Assembly: GCA_965113315.1 (NCBI GenBank)
Contig: OZ220382.1
Strand: one strand, 5' to 3'
DNA from: Podarcis vaucheri
Lineage: Eukaryota
Length of the DNA stretch: 64,000 nucleotides
Of this stretch, positions 38,713-51,680 are shown piece after piece. The notes beneath the pieces are model-generated. The model made no database searches. It was not told where the DNA came from and was given only the letters and a program-made list of their open reading frames with translations. Numbering within the stretch: position 1 is the first letter of the stretch; each line of letters begins with the position of its first letter. Position numbers and translations under genes: made by a program.

Positions 38713-41350
38713 AAAATACAAAAAAAGTCATATTATATTTATATGTAAACCTATTTGATAAAATGAAACCAGTGATTGAAACCATACAGTGCAATGCAGC
38801 GCATCTGCTATTTAAAACTGGAAGAAAGCTCCAATTAATTAGTGTTACTGCATCTGATGAAGCAGACCATGTAAGTTTTTGCAATAGCAGATGTAGGTTT
38901 TTTAAAAAAGATGCTTCTGTGTGCAATGACTGGCAGCAGCTCTCCAAGGGTTTAGGACAAGGAATAAGAGCATAAGAAGAGCCTGCTGGATCAGGCCAAT
39001 GGCCCATCTCGTCCAGCGTCCTCTTCTCACAGGGGCCAACCAGAGAAGCCCATTCTGGGAAATCAGCAAGAGAGACCCAAGAGCAAGAGTCCTCTCCACT
39101 CCTTCGGTTTCCAGCAACTGGCATTCAGAAGCATTTCTGCATCTGACTGGAGGCAGAGCATAGCCTCCATCATGGCTAGTAGCTATTGATAGCCTTATCT
39201 TCCATGAATTTATCCAATCCTCTTTTAAGGCCCTAGAGTTTTGTGGCGTAAAACCAACAAATTTGAAAGGTATAGAACAAGGGAGGAAAAAAACCCTTTC
39301 TTGATTCTTCTCTCAAGTGGAGCACTGGGGAAATTCTTTTGTTATTCAGGTCAGCTTTTACACCTTTCATCAAAGCAGCCCTGAAGCCCTTTAACACTTT
39401 AACCCAAAGACAAGGGTAACACTTGACATTGCATGTTTAGTATGTTTGAAGAGTGTGAATTTGCAATTGGCAAACTCCAAAGGTTTAATCTATCCTTAGT
39501 TGTGGCAGGAGGGTGGATTGGGAGGGAGTGTGCCAGGAGAGGCAGCTGTTGTATTTTGGAAGAGTGGTAACACCCACATATATTCCTCTGCCTTTAACAG
39601 AAACTTAACATGCAGACATTAGCTAGTAATGCTTTTCACAGCTTGGAGAAAAAGATGTTCACCGGCTGCTTCCTGCTGCTCGCACTGCTGTTAGAGCGAG
39701 GGTGGAGATCCTCCAGATGTTGCTGGACTACAGCTCCCATCATCCATGACCATTGGCCATGCTGAGTCCAACAACAGCTGGAGAGCCACAGGTTTCCACT
39801 ATTGCATTAGAAGCACAGCAAATGTGGATTTTCCTCTTATTTTGTTTTTTTAAAATTGGGCACTGCCATTCAGCTGAGCTTCTAGAATAGTTTACAAAAC
39901 CAAGACAAAATACAAAAAAGTCATTGAAATGCTGGAACAGGGAGGGCTGTATCTTAGCAGCAGGTCCCCTGGTTCAGTCTCTGGAAAGACTCCAGTCTGG
40001 AACCTTGAAGAGCGGTTGCCAGTCAGATTGGACAGCCTACCTAGCACTGAGCTAAGTGGACCAACAGTGTAAAAGCAGCATCCTTTGTTCCTGCTTAAAT
40101 AACAGGCAAAGTTAAAATACCCTTGCCTAGTGCCAGTAATATAACAGTGTTGCTGCCAGGTGTCGATCGCCCCTTGACATGTTGTCCCCTTCTGAAAAAA
40201 GAGGAACTGCATCATTGTGTTCAGAAACACACTTCTGGTTAATCACTTGGCAAGTCTATTACCCCGCTGCGTCACTGGAGTTCTTTGTCTGGCTAGAGTT
40301 GTAACGCTAGCAGGGTACCATGCAAGAGACACCTGCAGACTCAGTAAGCCTGAGCTGACACTATTCTGTGATTTGGCAGATGGAGCTAAGGAAATGTGGG
40401 AGTGGAGGAAGAAGTTGTTGGATGTCTTTGATGATGGAAGAATTTTCCATATCCCCCGATACTCGTCGTCCTTTCCTTCAACTCCCTTCATGCTCTGCCC
40501 ACTGCTCAGCAGCCTTGTTATTCTTTCACACAGCATGAAAATATGCACAGAGGGCCTGTCTACACATGCATGACTGTCAGCTCAACTTTTCATCACTTCT
40601 TTATTCAGCATTTGGTGATTTGCACACAAACATGCAAACTGATTCCATTTTATGTGAGTTGAGGCTCATCTGCGGTTTTTGACCATCATATTTTGGATAG
40701 CATGGCACACATCTTAACTGGAAATTAATTATAGCAATAAACCCTTTGCTACAAAAGTGCCTAACAGTCACACCCAGTTGCTGAAAAAGAGATGGAACAG
40801 TTTTCTAGTTTCGTCAAAGTTACCAACAGACTGTTGTCAAAACAGTTCTGGCATTTGCTATCCTAGCTTGGATTTGGGGGTCATGGGCTGAAATGAACAT
40901 TGCCAGAGAACTTGTTGCACCTCTGTATGCTTGCTGCTTCATTCCTCCAACATGCTAAATCCATACATTTGCTATTTGTGGCAATGTGTTACTTCTGTGC
41001 CTGAAGATGCCTGAAGATGTTGGTTACACCCGTTCACCTTGCATTAGCTTTTTGCAAGTGTATCACTTAGTAAGCTCTGAATTCACACCAGATGGATGTG
41101 GTAGGTTGTATCTCCCCCCCGCCCCCTCTTTTAAAGAAATATTCTTTTTGTAAAAGCAGCTTCATTTCACAGTCCTTGTCTTATTAAATTTGTGTTGGAG
41201 ATGCATGATTTTTAAAGTGCAACTCAAGTTATTTTTAGATCTTGGAATTCGTTAAAAATGGGCTGTTGCTACACATCAGCCACAGCAAGGAGATACTGAA
41301 GAATCCAGTTTGATTATGTACACAGAGGAAGCTGCCTTATATTGATTCAG

Positions 41351-41995
41351 CTGCATCTTTTACCATTATCCGGGGATGCGGGTGGCGCTGTGGGTTAAAC
41401 AACAGCCTAGGGCTTGCCAATCAGAAGGTTGACAGTTCAAATCCCCGCAATGGGGTGAGCTCCCGTTGTTCGGTCCCAGCTCCTGCCAACCTAGCAGTTC
41501 AAAAGCACTTCAAAGTGCAAGTAGATAAATAGGTACCGCTCCAGCAGGAAGGTAAACAGCGTTTCTGTGCGCTGCTCTGGTCCACCAGAAGCAGCTTAGT
41601 CATGCTGGCCACATGACCCGGAAGCTGTACGCTGGCTCCCATGGCCAGTAAAGCAAGATGAGCGCAGCAACCCCAGAGTTGTCCGCGACTGGACCTAACG
41701 GTCAGGGGTCCCTTTACCTTTACCTTTACCATTATCCATCTATTATATTACCATCATTACCATAAATAATTCCACATTGCAAGTGTAATTACATCTCTGC
41801 CAAAGATTTTAACTGTTTACAACGGTCTTTTAAATAAATTACAAATTTACTCCAGTCTTTAGAAAATACTTGATCTTCCTGGTTTCGGATCTTCCCCGTC
41901 AGTTTCTCCATCTCCGCATACTCCATCAGTGTCATCTGCCATTCTTCTTTTGTTGGTGTTTCTCCTTCCACCCATCTCTGGGCTAGTAGCATTCT
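41351..41995 (-). mobile_element. L1/Tx1-like LINE 3' fragment
   Basis: ORF 41789..41992 (PTKEEWQMTLMEYAEMEKLTGKIR...DWSKF) is homologous to ORF 63211..63426 (PTREEWQMKLMDYMELAEMTGRIR...DWKKF). Confidence 0.8.
41372..41724 (+). mobile_element. Sauria SINE nested in an L1 3' fragment
   Basis: Full SINE; TSD tttaccattatcc on both sides (~41359-41371 and 41725-41737). Confidence 0.9.
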
Positions 41996-43889
41996 AGCCC
42001 TCGTGTATTTCAGGCAGGGGTCTTCCCAACCTTACCTGGAGACATCAGGGACAACTCAGCCTCAACAACACTGAGCTAGATGGACCCAATGTCTGACTAG
42101 GTATAAGGCAGCTTTCTGTGTTCCTGTGTTCCACCCATCAAAATTCCAAAGAAATTCTAAAACTGAACTGAGAGGGAGGCAGAAAAATGGAAGTATATTT
42201 CTCAGAAATGGGGTGTGTGTGTCATATTTCAGCAAAGCACTAATTTCATTGAGTAGCTTAAGAAATGTTGCTGCCATGGTAACCTCCTATCAGTTTATGA
42301 TTGACTCCTTATACAGCAATCACATCCCTCTAGCATACAACAAAACAGAATTATATATGCCTCCCACAAAGCACTTCCTTAAGTCACTCATTCTCATACT
42401 ATTTATCTCTGCCTCATAATTAATGTGCCCCTCATAATTGTTATATGCATGTGCACAACCCACCATTGTTTCTGTTTCATAAAGAATTAAAATGTTTTCA
42501 ATAGTCCCATTTTTCATTTTAAAGTCAATAATTACTCATTTGTTTTCCCAGAAATTATTATTTTATTCAATGAATCATTTTGCTTCACTATCAGGGTTGG
42601 AGTAATATTTAATAACAAAATGCATATAAAAATTATTCTGGAGTTATAAAGGGGTTTCTGAATCATGCTATTCATTATATTAATTAACCCTAAAGTGGGG
42701 GGGATACTTACTAAAAACAGATATTTGAATTGTTCTATTGATTCCTTCAGAGAGAGAGAAAACAGGAATATCGTGTTCATTTGCTTTGATTTTGCCAAAT
42801 CCCTAATCACAAGTTTAAAAGGTTACCCCCTGAAATATAAATGAATTATTTTAATATATTTCTTTTTAATTCTGAAATACAAACAAATGCTTTCTTTTCT
42901 TTCTAGAAAGTCCTAAGCAATCAAGTCCCAGACAATCTCAGGATATTGAGGCAAGGATAGGGAACTGCAGTCCCAGAGCCTTCTGCTCTGAGGCAACAGC
43001 CTCACCTTGCCTCATGGGCAGATAGGCACTGCATTCACCCCACAGGCTGGAGGTTCTGCACCCCAGTTCTAACTGGAGATGCACACTATGTTGTTCACAG
43101 CTTTGGGGGGCTTGGGCTAAAAAGTGGCATATAAATGAGCCATACCATACCATATAGAAAGGCCTTAGAGGTTTGCAAGTGGCTACCAAGGCAAAGAGGT
43201 TCCCCATTCTAGGCCTTAGAAATGAGGGCACCTAGGCAGGGCTGAACGGTGGAGGAAATTGCCAGGCAGGGGCCTGCTTGACAAGATGAGAGAGAAAAAA
43301 TTGTTGCGCAAAGACAAGAAAACGAAAAAGTTTAATTTGTGGACCGTTCCGCACATTGTCGAAAGGGCTGAAAGTACAGCAGCTGCCCCCAATTGGACAG
43401 AGGTGCTCTAACTGTGGGTATAAAAGGGATACATCTGTTCGATTTCCTGTTATGAATCAGCCTTGGGATAGGGGGAAAACATCCATGCACAATGAGAGGT
43501 GACTTTTTTTTCACCTCAAACTCAGAACCATTTCTTTTTTCTGGGGTCAGAGAGCCTTCAGTTCAGCCTCTTTTGTTTTTATTTCTTTGTTTTTTAAGTG
43601 GAAGGAGGAAGAAAAAAGAAGTAATATTCTTTATTTTGTGTTCATTCTAAGGAAACTAAAATTAGAGGAGAATAAGTCTCCTGGTGTTTCTTGTGATGAG
43701 CGCTCATAGGAACATGCTGTGCTTTGTTCATAGGTAGTTTATGATGTCTGAGACTGATCCTGCGGTATGTATATTTTGGTGGGAATTCAGTGGAGACAAT
43801 GGAGAAGAGTGACATTGCATACAATTCTGCATTTGTGTGGAACGATACAGGTCGCCTTTTAAAAAGTACACACAGAAAGACAGGAAGCT

Positions 43890-43979
43890 GTCTATGACTG
43901 TACTACCCTGAATACACCCAATCTCATCTGATCTCTGAAGCTAAGAAGAGTCAGGCCCGGTTAGTACCTAGATAGGAGA
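43890..43979 (+). pseudogene. 5S rRNA pseudogene, 3'-truncated
   Basis: gtctatgactgtactaccctgaatacacccaatctcatctgatctctgaagctaagaagagtcaggcccggttagtacctagataggaga aligns with the first ~90 nt of vertebrate 5S rRNA, with many CpG-type transitions. Confidence 0.9.
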
Positions 43980-44698
43980 AAGACAGGAAACTGCCTCATA
44001 CCATTGCTTTACCTAATTCAGTATAGCTAACACTGAGGGGGAGCAGCTTTCTAGGTCTCCAGAGTTTCAGATGGGGAACAATCTCAGCCCTACCTGGAGA
44101 TGCCAGGGATTGAACCTGGGACCCTCTGTATGCAAAGCAGATGTTCTACCACTGAGCAATGGCCTTTTCCCCAACGCCCTGACAGCTTCCATATTTTCAC
44201 CATCTACCTGATTCCATGTTTATACCAAGATAACAGAGCTTTGGAAAATGTGATCAATCACTGCATTTCCTCAACTAAACTACTTGAGGGGGGCATAAAA
44301 CATTTCTTTCCTGAGACTCAACTTTTAAATAAATTTGTGGGTGCCAGCACAGTATTGTGATCTGCTCCTGCTAACTAGATATTGGGCAGAGGAGTGGGAT
44401 ATAATTTTAGTTAATCAAGTGTCCTAGAACCTCTGGTGTACAACATCCTGATTTTGGGGGGGCATAGGTGGACTGTCATAAATCAAAGACAAATTTCATC
44501 AAGACAAAAACATTCAGAGTGCCTGGGGCCTGGCCAGTGAGGTGTGTCATGGGCTTCTCAGACCAGTTTGTAGTTCCTGGATGCTCTCTATGGCAGAATG
44601 CATGATTCATAAAGTTCTTTCCACCGATCTTTTTCTTCTGCTTAACTGCAGTTTTCTGGAGAAAATGGTCCTTTGACAAATTTGCTTTTTCTTTGCAG

Positions 44699-44849
44699 AG
44701 AGACCCAGGATTTATGAAAAGGAGACAGATTTTTCTAAAATGGAGCTGGTCACAAAAGGAGGAGAGCAGAGCCTCCAGTGCACATCAAGTGGGAATCCTC
44801 TGCCCACCATACATTGGGAATGGGAGCCATGCAGTCATGAAGACAACCT
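44699..44849 (+). CDS. kdrl: kdrl coding exon 10 (Ig domain 5, N-part)
   Basis: ctttgcag|AG ... CCT|gtaagt; 151 nt, phase 1 to 2. Encodes ERPRIYEKETDFSKMELVTKGGEQSLQCTSSGNPLPTIHWEWEPCSHEDNL (P.IYEK, Q.L.CT..G.P.P.I.W.W.PC). Absent from the ORF track. Confidence 0.93.
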
Positions 44850-47041
44850 GTAAGTTATCACTGTAATGTGCTGATCTGAATCAATAACCATTTGCCCACA
44901 AGTCATTTCCCTGACTGTTAACATAGGGCTCTGCACTGAAGATGCCAGAAAACTGTGATATATGAAACATTATTCACCCAAGTCCTGGAAAGAGAGCTAA
45001 GGCTTGCTCTAATGCAACTAGAGGTTGCAGGACGTTAATTTATGAAGGTGTTTCTTCAACTCTTAAGCTTTGGAAGAAAATTGGTAAAGACTGTGTGGGT
45101 CAAAAACAAGAAATGCCCTGCTCAGGCATCCATCTAGTCTGGCATCTGGCTTCCCCCACCAATCAGCCAGATATGATTGGCAAGCCAACAGGACCCTACA
45201 CCACTGCACAAGCACCCTTACAGGTGGACGGATCTTTCTGTTTTCTTTCCTAGTCAGTTTCACATGTGGTGGTCCATAGGTTTGCTTTAATCTGTTTTCT
45301 GGAAAACAGATTAAAATACACATTTCCACCTAGCATAAGAACATCAGAAGTGCCCTGCTGAATCAGGCCAAAGGCCATCTGGCCCAGCGCTCTATTCTCA
45401 CAGCCAACTAGATGCCTGTTGGAAGCCTGCTAGCAACATCAACTCTGGTATTCAGAGACGTGCTGCCTCCTAAAATAGGCAGTTTTGCATGCATTTCCTT
45501 CTGAGGTATGCATCTTTTTGGCATACATTTTTTGAGCCCAGGACTGTGCTGCAACATTCTAAATAGTTTGCAATACAGTGGAGAGCTGCGTTGTGATCTG
45601 TGCATTAGTCCCTGGAATACAAGTCAAGTCAGTTCACATAACAAAAATCCCCAGCAATATTTCCCTATGGTTTGCATGCAGCATCTGAAATGTGGTATAT
45701 TGCTTCTGGGCACGGAAGTTCCATTTATTATCATGGCTAGTAGACACTCTCTTTCATGGATTTGTCTGAAATACTATCACAATTACTTGCGTCATCATCA
45801 TCATCTTGAGATAGTTAACTTTTACCAACTAGAAGTTAAGGATAGGATAGAAAAGGAAGCGGCACCTCCAGCTCTGCCTGCATTTGATAATCACAGCCAG
45901 TAGTGTTTCCACCTACACACATTTTTTTGCAGCTTGGTGACATTAGAAAACCCCAGCTCTGAGCATCATCTGAGAAACCAAAATTGACAGATTTGCCTAT
46001 TCATATTGGGAAGCTGTAAGCCAAGGTGTTTTTTGCACAGGATCTATTTCCATATATCCCCACATCCATCCCAAAATTTAAATGACCCCTTCTCCCAGCA
46101 TGCTCTTCCAGCTCCAGGATCCTCTACTTCCTTCCACGTGGAGGGAGGGATTGAGCGGCTGACTGCACCCGAGATAAAGAACCCTGCGCTGAAGATAAGT
46201 CGCCTAGTAAGGACAGGCTTCACCTCCTTCCCCAGGAATCTTCATTGAGCTCTTAAGCTCCACTCCTTGAACCTCAGGGTTTTTTTAAACGCTTCCCCTC
46301 TGACAGAACTGAATATCAGTGAACATAAAACTATGAAGTTGATCTCAGTTTTGTAGCTTTGAAATAAGCTCCCCAATTGCCAAATTACCGGTAACTCCAA
46401 AGGGATAAGAACCCCCCCCCCAAATAAACAGCTACAAAAAACACACACCCCACTGTGAAGTTTTGAAGTTTTCAGAGATTCCAACTGCAACAGCTGTTCA
46501 GAAGCAAATAAATAGGCACCTACAGAATGTCTGTTGTAGGGTCTTCAGGCCAGAACAGAAACCAAGCTGGTTTTGTAGATTCTGGCAGTCCAAGATGAGA
46601 TGTTAAGGGGAAAAGAACAAATGGCAAAACAACAGAAGCCCAATAATATTTTGATGGGTTTTATTAGGCAGGCGAGGAGATATAATTAACTATATTTTAT
46701 CCCCCTACAGAGCCACATGTGTGGGTTAACAGACAGATAAAAGAATCAACTTATTGCTTGAGTTTTAAAATGTGGGGCTGAGCAGAGTTTAAATTCCATC
46801 TTAAGCAGGTTAAGTGAAAGCAAAGAAATTAGGTTTATCAAGGAAACAGGCTACAGACTGAAAAGTAAGTTTAAAACATATATTTTACTCACAGTCAAGC
46901 ATTTGTCCTTAGCAGCAACAGCATTAAAAGTAAATGCAGGTTAAATACTTGTGTTTACAGCAAAAACAGCTTCTGCTTCTGGCAGGTGCCCCTGATGCTG
47001 GAGTGTTTAGAGGCACGTCCTTCTTCATGGCTGGTTGAAGA

Positions 47042-47043
47042 GA

Positions 47044-47098
<55 letters not shown>
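47042..47098 (+). repeat. (GA)n microsatellite
   Basis: Directly visible dinucleotide run. Confidence 0.95.
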
Positions 47099-47100
<2 letters not shown>

Positions 47101-47111
47101 CACCGGAAATA

Positions 47112-47291
47112 CCGCATTTGCTTGAGTCTAATGCACCATCAAATCTAATACACACCTCAATTTCCAGAACCTTGAAACAAAAAAAAGCATTTGCTGGTGA
47201 ATGTAAATGTGCCAGCGAATCTAATTTACACCTTAATTTTCGCAACATAATTTGGCCAAAAATGCTGAGCATTAGATTCAAGTAAATACGG
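47112..47291. mobile_element. Tc1/mariner (Tc2/pogo-like) MITE
   Basis: TA|ccgcatttgcttgagtctaatgc ... gcattagattcaagtaaatacgg|TA. Confidence 0.78.
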
Positions 47292-47835
47292 TATTTCTTT
47301 TGCTTCTTCCCTCCCAGGAGTGAAGGGGAATTGACATCACATTGGGTCTTCTCTACCAAATGCATTTCTATTGTCTGAGTCTGCTTATTGGCAGTATAGC
47401 TCTATGGTCTTAATCCTTTCACATGCCAACTAGCAAGAAAATGCATTGTTAGATTTGACTGCATATCTCCCACAATTTTGAACACCGATATGATTACAGT
47501 GTTCTACATGTCTGTTAGTGACAGAACTGAGACAATACAATTGTCTTAAAAAGAAACAATGATTCTTCCTATGAGTCTTAATCAGAGGTGGTTTTTGGGT
47601 GGTGCAACCGGTGCAGTCACATTGATGCCACACTGTAGGGGGCACCAAAACAATGCTGTAAAATGAAGCAGGAGAGATGGGGGCACTGAATTTTTGTGTT
47701 TTACAGGGCAGCGCTGAAATGTGAGAGCCCAAAGTCTGCCACTGGTCTTAATTCTGCTTCAGCTAGCTATAGAGAACACTGTTCAGCACTTAACCCCTTG
47801 GTTAGTCCCCATTCTTCCTCACTCTCAATGCCCAC

Positions 47836-48270
47836 TGTCAGGGAACTGTCATCAGAGCTAGAGGTGGAGGGAAGGCTCCAGAGGGATGCCGGAGAGGGTC
47901 CCAGTAGGGAGAGAGGCAGCCCATCTGCTGGGGAAGGAAATCAGTGTAACACCAGTGGAGAAGGGGGGCAGATGGGGGAATCGGAGAGGAGGCTCCAAGA
48001 CTCCTCGCCGGAGACCAGCGGAGAGAGTATGGGTACTCCGTTGCCCACACCCTCCCTGCGCAGAAGACTTCCGCACAGGGAGAGTAGGAGGAGACTTGGC
48101 GTCAAACAACTTTTATGCTGGAAAAGTTTCAAGAAACACCCACTGACGGATTCTGCCAGCGACTGAGACAGTCATGATGCTGGAGGCTGTTCAGTCAGAA
48201 AGGGTTTAACCAGGTAACCTCGCCAGCAGTGGCGGCAACTTACGCACGAGCAACCCCTAAATCCATTACA
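47836..48270. mobile_element. Solo LTR (Gypsy/ERV-like)
   Basis: 435 bp, TG...CA termini (tgtcaggg ... ccattaca), exact 5-bp TSD CCCAC at 47831-47835 and 48271-48275. Confidence 0.8.
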
Positions 48271-51200
48271 CCCACCAACTCAGATGGCTTTAAAAGTGCA
48301 TAAATTCATGAGTTGCTACTGGCCACAATGACAATGTTCTGCTTCTGCTGATAGAGGCTGAAATCTAGGAGGGGGAATCCTTTCAGCCTGAGAGCCACAT
48401 TCCCCCATGAACAAAGAAAAATCATAATTGATGCAGGGAGAGGTCAAGGAAATGGAATAAACTGCCATGTGAATGCAGCCCAGTTCCCTGGAGCATACCA
48501 TACACAGCTCAGAATTGTGAGCTGGGCTGGTCTAGGTGGGTTGCAGCTGTGCAGGCCTGGCGCACCAGATCCCCATGCCTCTTCTGCATGCATGTGAAGG
48601 GCAGATTCTTATCCTTGACTTCACTCACTGTTCAAAACATATTGCCCGGCAGGCGTAAGATACAGGAACCCCCTAATTGCCTTATTTCTCTGTGTGGGGT
48701 TAGAGGAGGGACAAAGAATCCCAGATCTACCAAACAGGAATTAAGTGAGTTAGGCATGAGGTGCTGCTCGGCGCTGTTTCTCTAAACAAACAGACAAGTT
48801 TCCTTTGTTCCTATTGAAATGTTAGCAGAGCAACCCATGGAGAGATGCCTTGGTTCAGGCCTGAATGGGGAGCACTCCCCTTGGTGAGGACCAGGAGGGA
48901 TGTCTGGGAGCCAAACCCAACATCTCCTCCTGTACTTTCACCCTTCTGTGCAGCAAGGAGGCTGGAGTCAGGTTTTCCACCCTTAAAAATAAAGGACAGA
49001 TGGAGGAATATAAAGAGCCAAATGGGCCCCCTCTTGTCTCTTTTCTGATGTTTTTGTTGGGATGGGGAGGCTTACTGTCATTTGAAGAACACCCATGGAA
49101 AAAAATATTTGAAGTTGAGATTGCAGCTTAATTTGTCCAAGGTCATTGCTGGTGATAGTTCGTTGGAGGAGCAGCCAGGAGAACCTCCTGGTGTGTGTGT
49201 GCGTGCGTGCGCATCAGTAATAAAACAGATTTATTGCAACCCATGACAGGATCTGATTTCCTCGCATTATTTCAAACTATGTTAGTAAGATGCTCCCTGG
49301 TTTGGGTAGCGATAAATAATAAAAAGAAAACAGAAATATGGAGAGTGGGGTGGAGTGTATGGGGTGGATGCTGTCAGTCTATTTCTGATCAGTTTTGCAT
49401 GTGTTCATACACAAGTACATCCCATCGAATTTGGGAATCAATCTGCATTTAAAAACAACTTGTGTATGTTTTCATAAAATATGAATCTTTGTGTGCTTTT
49501 TGCCTTAAAGTAGGCATTTTTAATGTGAATTTTGGTATGCACTGAAAATGTCAAAAATTACAGATGAAGAATTTTGCTAATATAGAACTCTACCTCTTGT
49601 TTCAACTGACACTGCATACCAGAGGCATTGCCTGTTTTTGTCATAACTGGCAACTCAGTCTAAGGTCACATTCACACCATACCTTTAAAGCTCTATAATA
49701 CCACTTTGTCTGGCTTCCTCCAGATAATTCTGGGAGCTGCAGTTTGTTAAGGGTGCTGAGAGTAGCTAGGAGACCCCCTATTTCCCTCGCAGAGCTATAA
49801 TTCACAGAGTTTCCTGTGAAGGGGGGATTGTTAAACCACTCTGGGACAGGAATCAGGGTCTCCTAACAACTCTCAGCACCTTTAACAAACTCAGTTCCCA
49901 GAATTCTTTGTGAGAAGGCATGAGAATTATAGTGGAATCTTAGTGCTTTAAACTTGTGTGAATGCTGGTTTTGCTTGGCATAAGCACTCCTTGCCACATG
50001 CCACTTGAGACCCCAGTGACAGGTTGGAATCCAATACAAATACACCTATTGAAATTAATGGTTGCAGTTTATTCATGCTCATTAATTTCATTAGGTCTCC
50101 TCTAAGTTAAGCTTCATTGACTACCACTGCAGGAGTTCCCACAGACTACGAACCCATTCCCTCAGTGCAACCCCTCCCAGAACAGATCATCCACATAATT
50201 ACCCAATATTGGAAGCTCCCACCCAAAGCACCTCCAGTCGTTACCAGCATTTAACCTTAGATTATTGACTCCCTTTCAGCCTTACTGCTTCAAGGCACTA
50301 GTGCAACATCTGCACAACATCTCGTCTGTTGTTATCAGTTAGGCTGACCAAGGCTGTTTCTGTGCTAAAACTGGACCTGAAACCAGATTGAAGTCTGTCT
50401 AGATAATCCAGAACAAGTCAGGCATTCTTCCCATGGCAATGCATTAGCTAAAATGCCACATCAACACATTTTGCATGCAAATTGCCTTACAAGTAGGGAT
50501 TTAAGCATCTTTACAGTCCAGTCCTCTTTAGGCTTACTCACATGTAAGGCCCACCCTGTACAATGGACAAACAGGATTGCAGAGTAATATAATCTTGAGT
50601 GTTTCTGCTGACCTCAGGAGTGTAAACTAAGCCAAATAATGAAAATGCCCAGCTTGTGGTTCTATCACTTTAAACACAATGGCAAAGTGTGTTTGTATCT
50701 CCACTTGACCTCCAAAGTAGCCTTATCTTTCCTTACAGAAGCTGGAGGGGAAGCCTCTTGTGAGAAAAACACCCCTTCCCTCATTTCCTGTTGCTATTTC
50801 ATTTCCCCTAACCCCCACTCCCCACTGCTCCCATTTTTATTTTCTAATGTCCTGATTTTCTGACATTGTTCAATCTGCGTACAGAGAGTTCTGTCTCCTT
50901 TGCACTCATTGAGTGATATTGTGTCTGAAGGAAACTGCAAAAGCCACCAGGAAATTACAGGGGCCGAGGAAGCTGCTTTATACTAAGGCAGCCCCTTGGC
51001 CCATCTAGTTCAGTATTGTCTGCACTGATTGGTAGCGGCTGTCAGGGGACATCCCACTCTTCAGGGAGATGCCAGGAATTGAACCTGGCACCTTCTGTTT
51101 GCAAAACAGATGCTCCATTATTAAGTTGTGGCATAACTTCCTTAAATGGAAAGGTGTTTGTAGTGTAGCAAAATAATAATAATAATAAAATCACCTTATT

Positions 51201-51399
51201 TACCTGATATTGTTAAAATAATTAGCTGCCCCATTGTTTTTGTTCAAGGGCAGTTTTTAGTGCTGGTGAATAGGTATTCTATATTTATCTTTCTAATAAT
51301 AACTGAAATTGTGTTTTATTTGTTTATTGCCAATGGCCTCGTCCCAAGGACTGTGTGGGCCTACCTCATCTTTGCCACTGTCATCAATACTGATTTTCT

Positions 51400-51638
51400 T
51401 GCCACCTCTCAAGAGCCACAGCTCAGAGTTGTTCCGCCAGGCCTTTGGTCAGGGCGCAGCCTGACTCCCTCCTCTGGCAACCTGCACAGAATTTTGCTTA
51501 ATTGGTTGCCATCAATTTGATTTAATTAATTTTTATAATGAAATATTTTCAGATTTTGTGATCATTTGACTGATTATTTGATTGTTGTTAGCCGCCCTGA
51601 GCCCGGCTTCGGCTGGGGAGGGCGGGATATAAATAAAA

Positions 51639-51678
<40 letters not shown>
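51400..51678 (+). mobile_element. L2-clade 3' end with (TTA)n tail
   Basis: ccaggcctttggtcagggcgcagcctgactccctcc...gttagccgccctgagcccggc...gggcgggatataaataaa; same family as 12683-12960, opposite strand. Confidence 0.75.
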
Positions 51679-51680
<2 letters not shown>

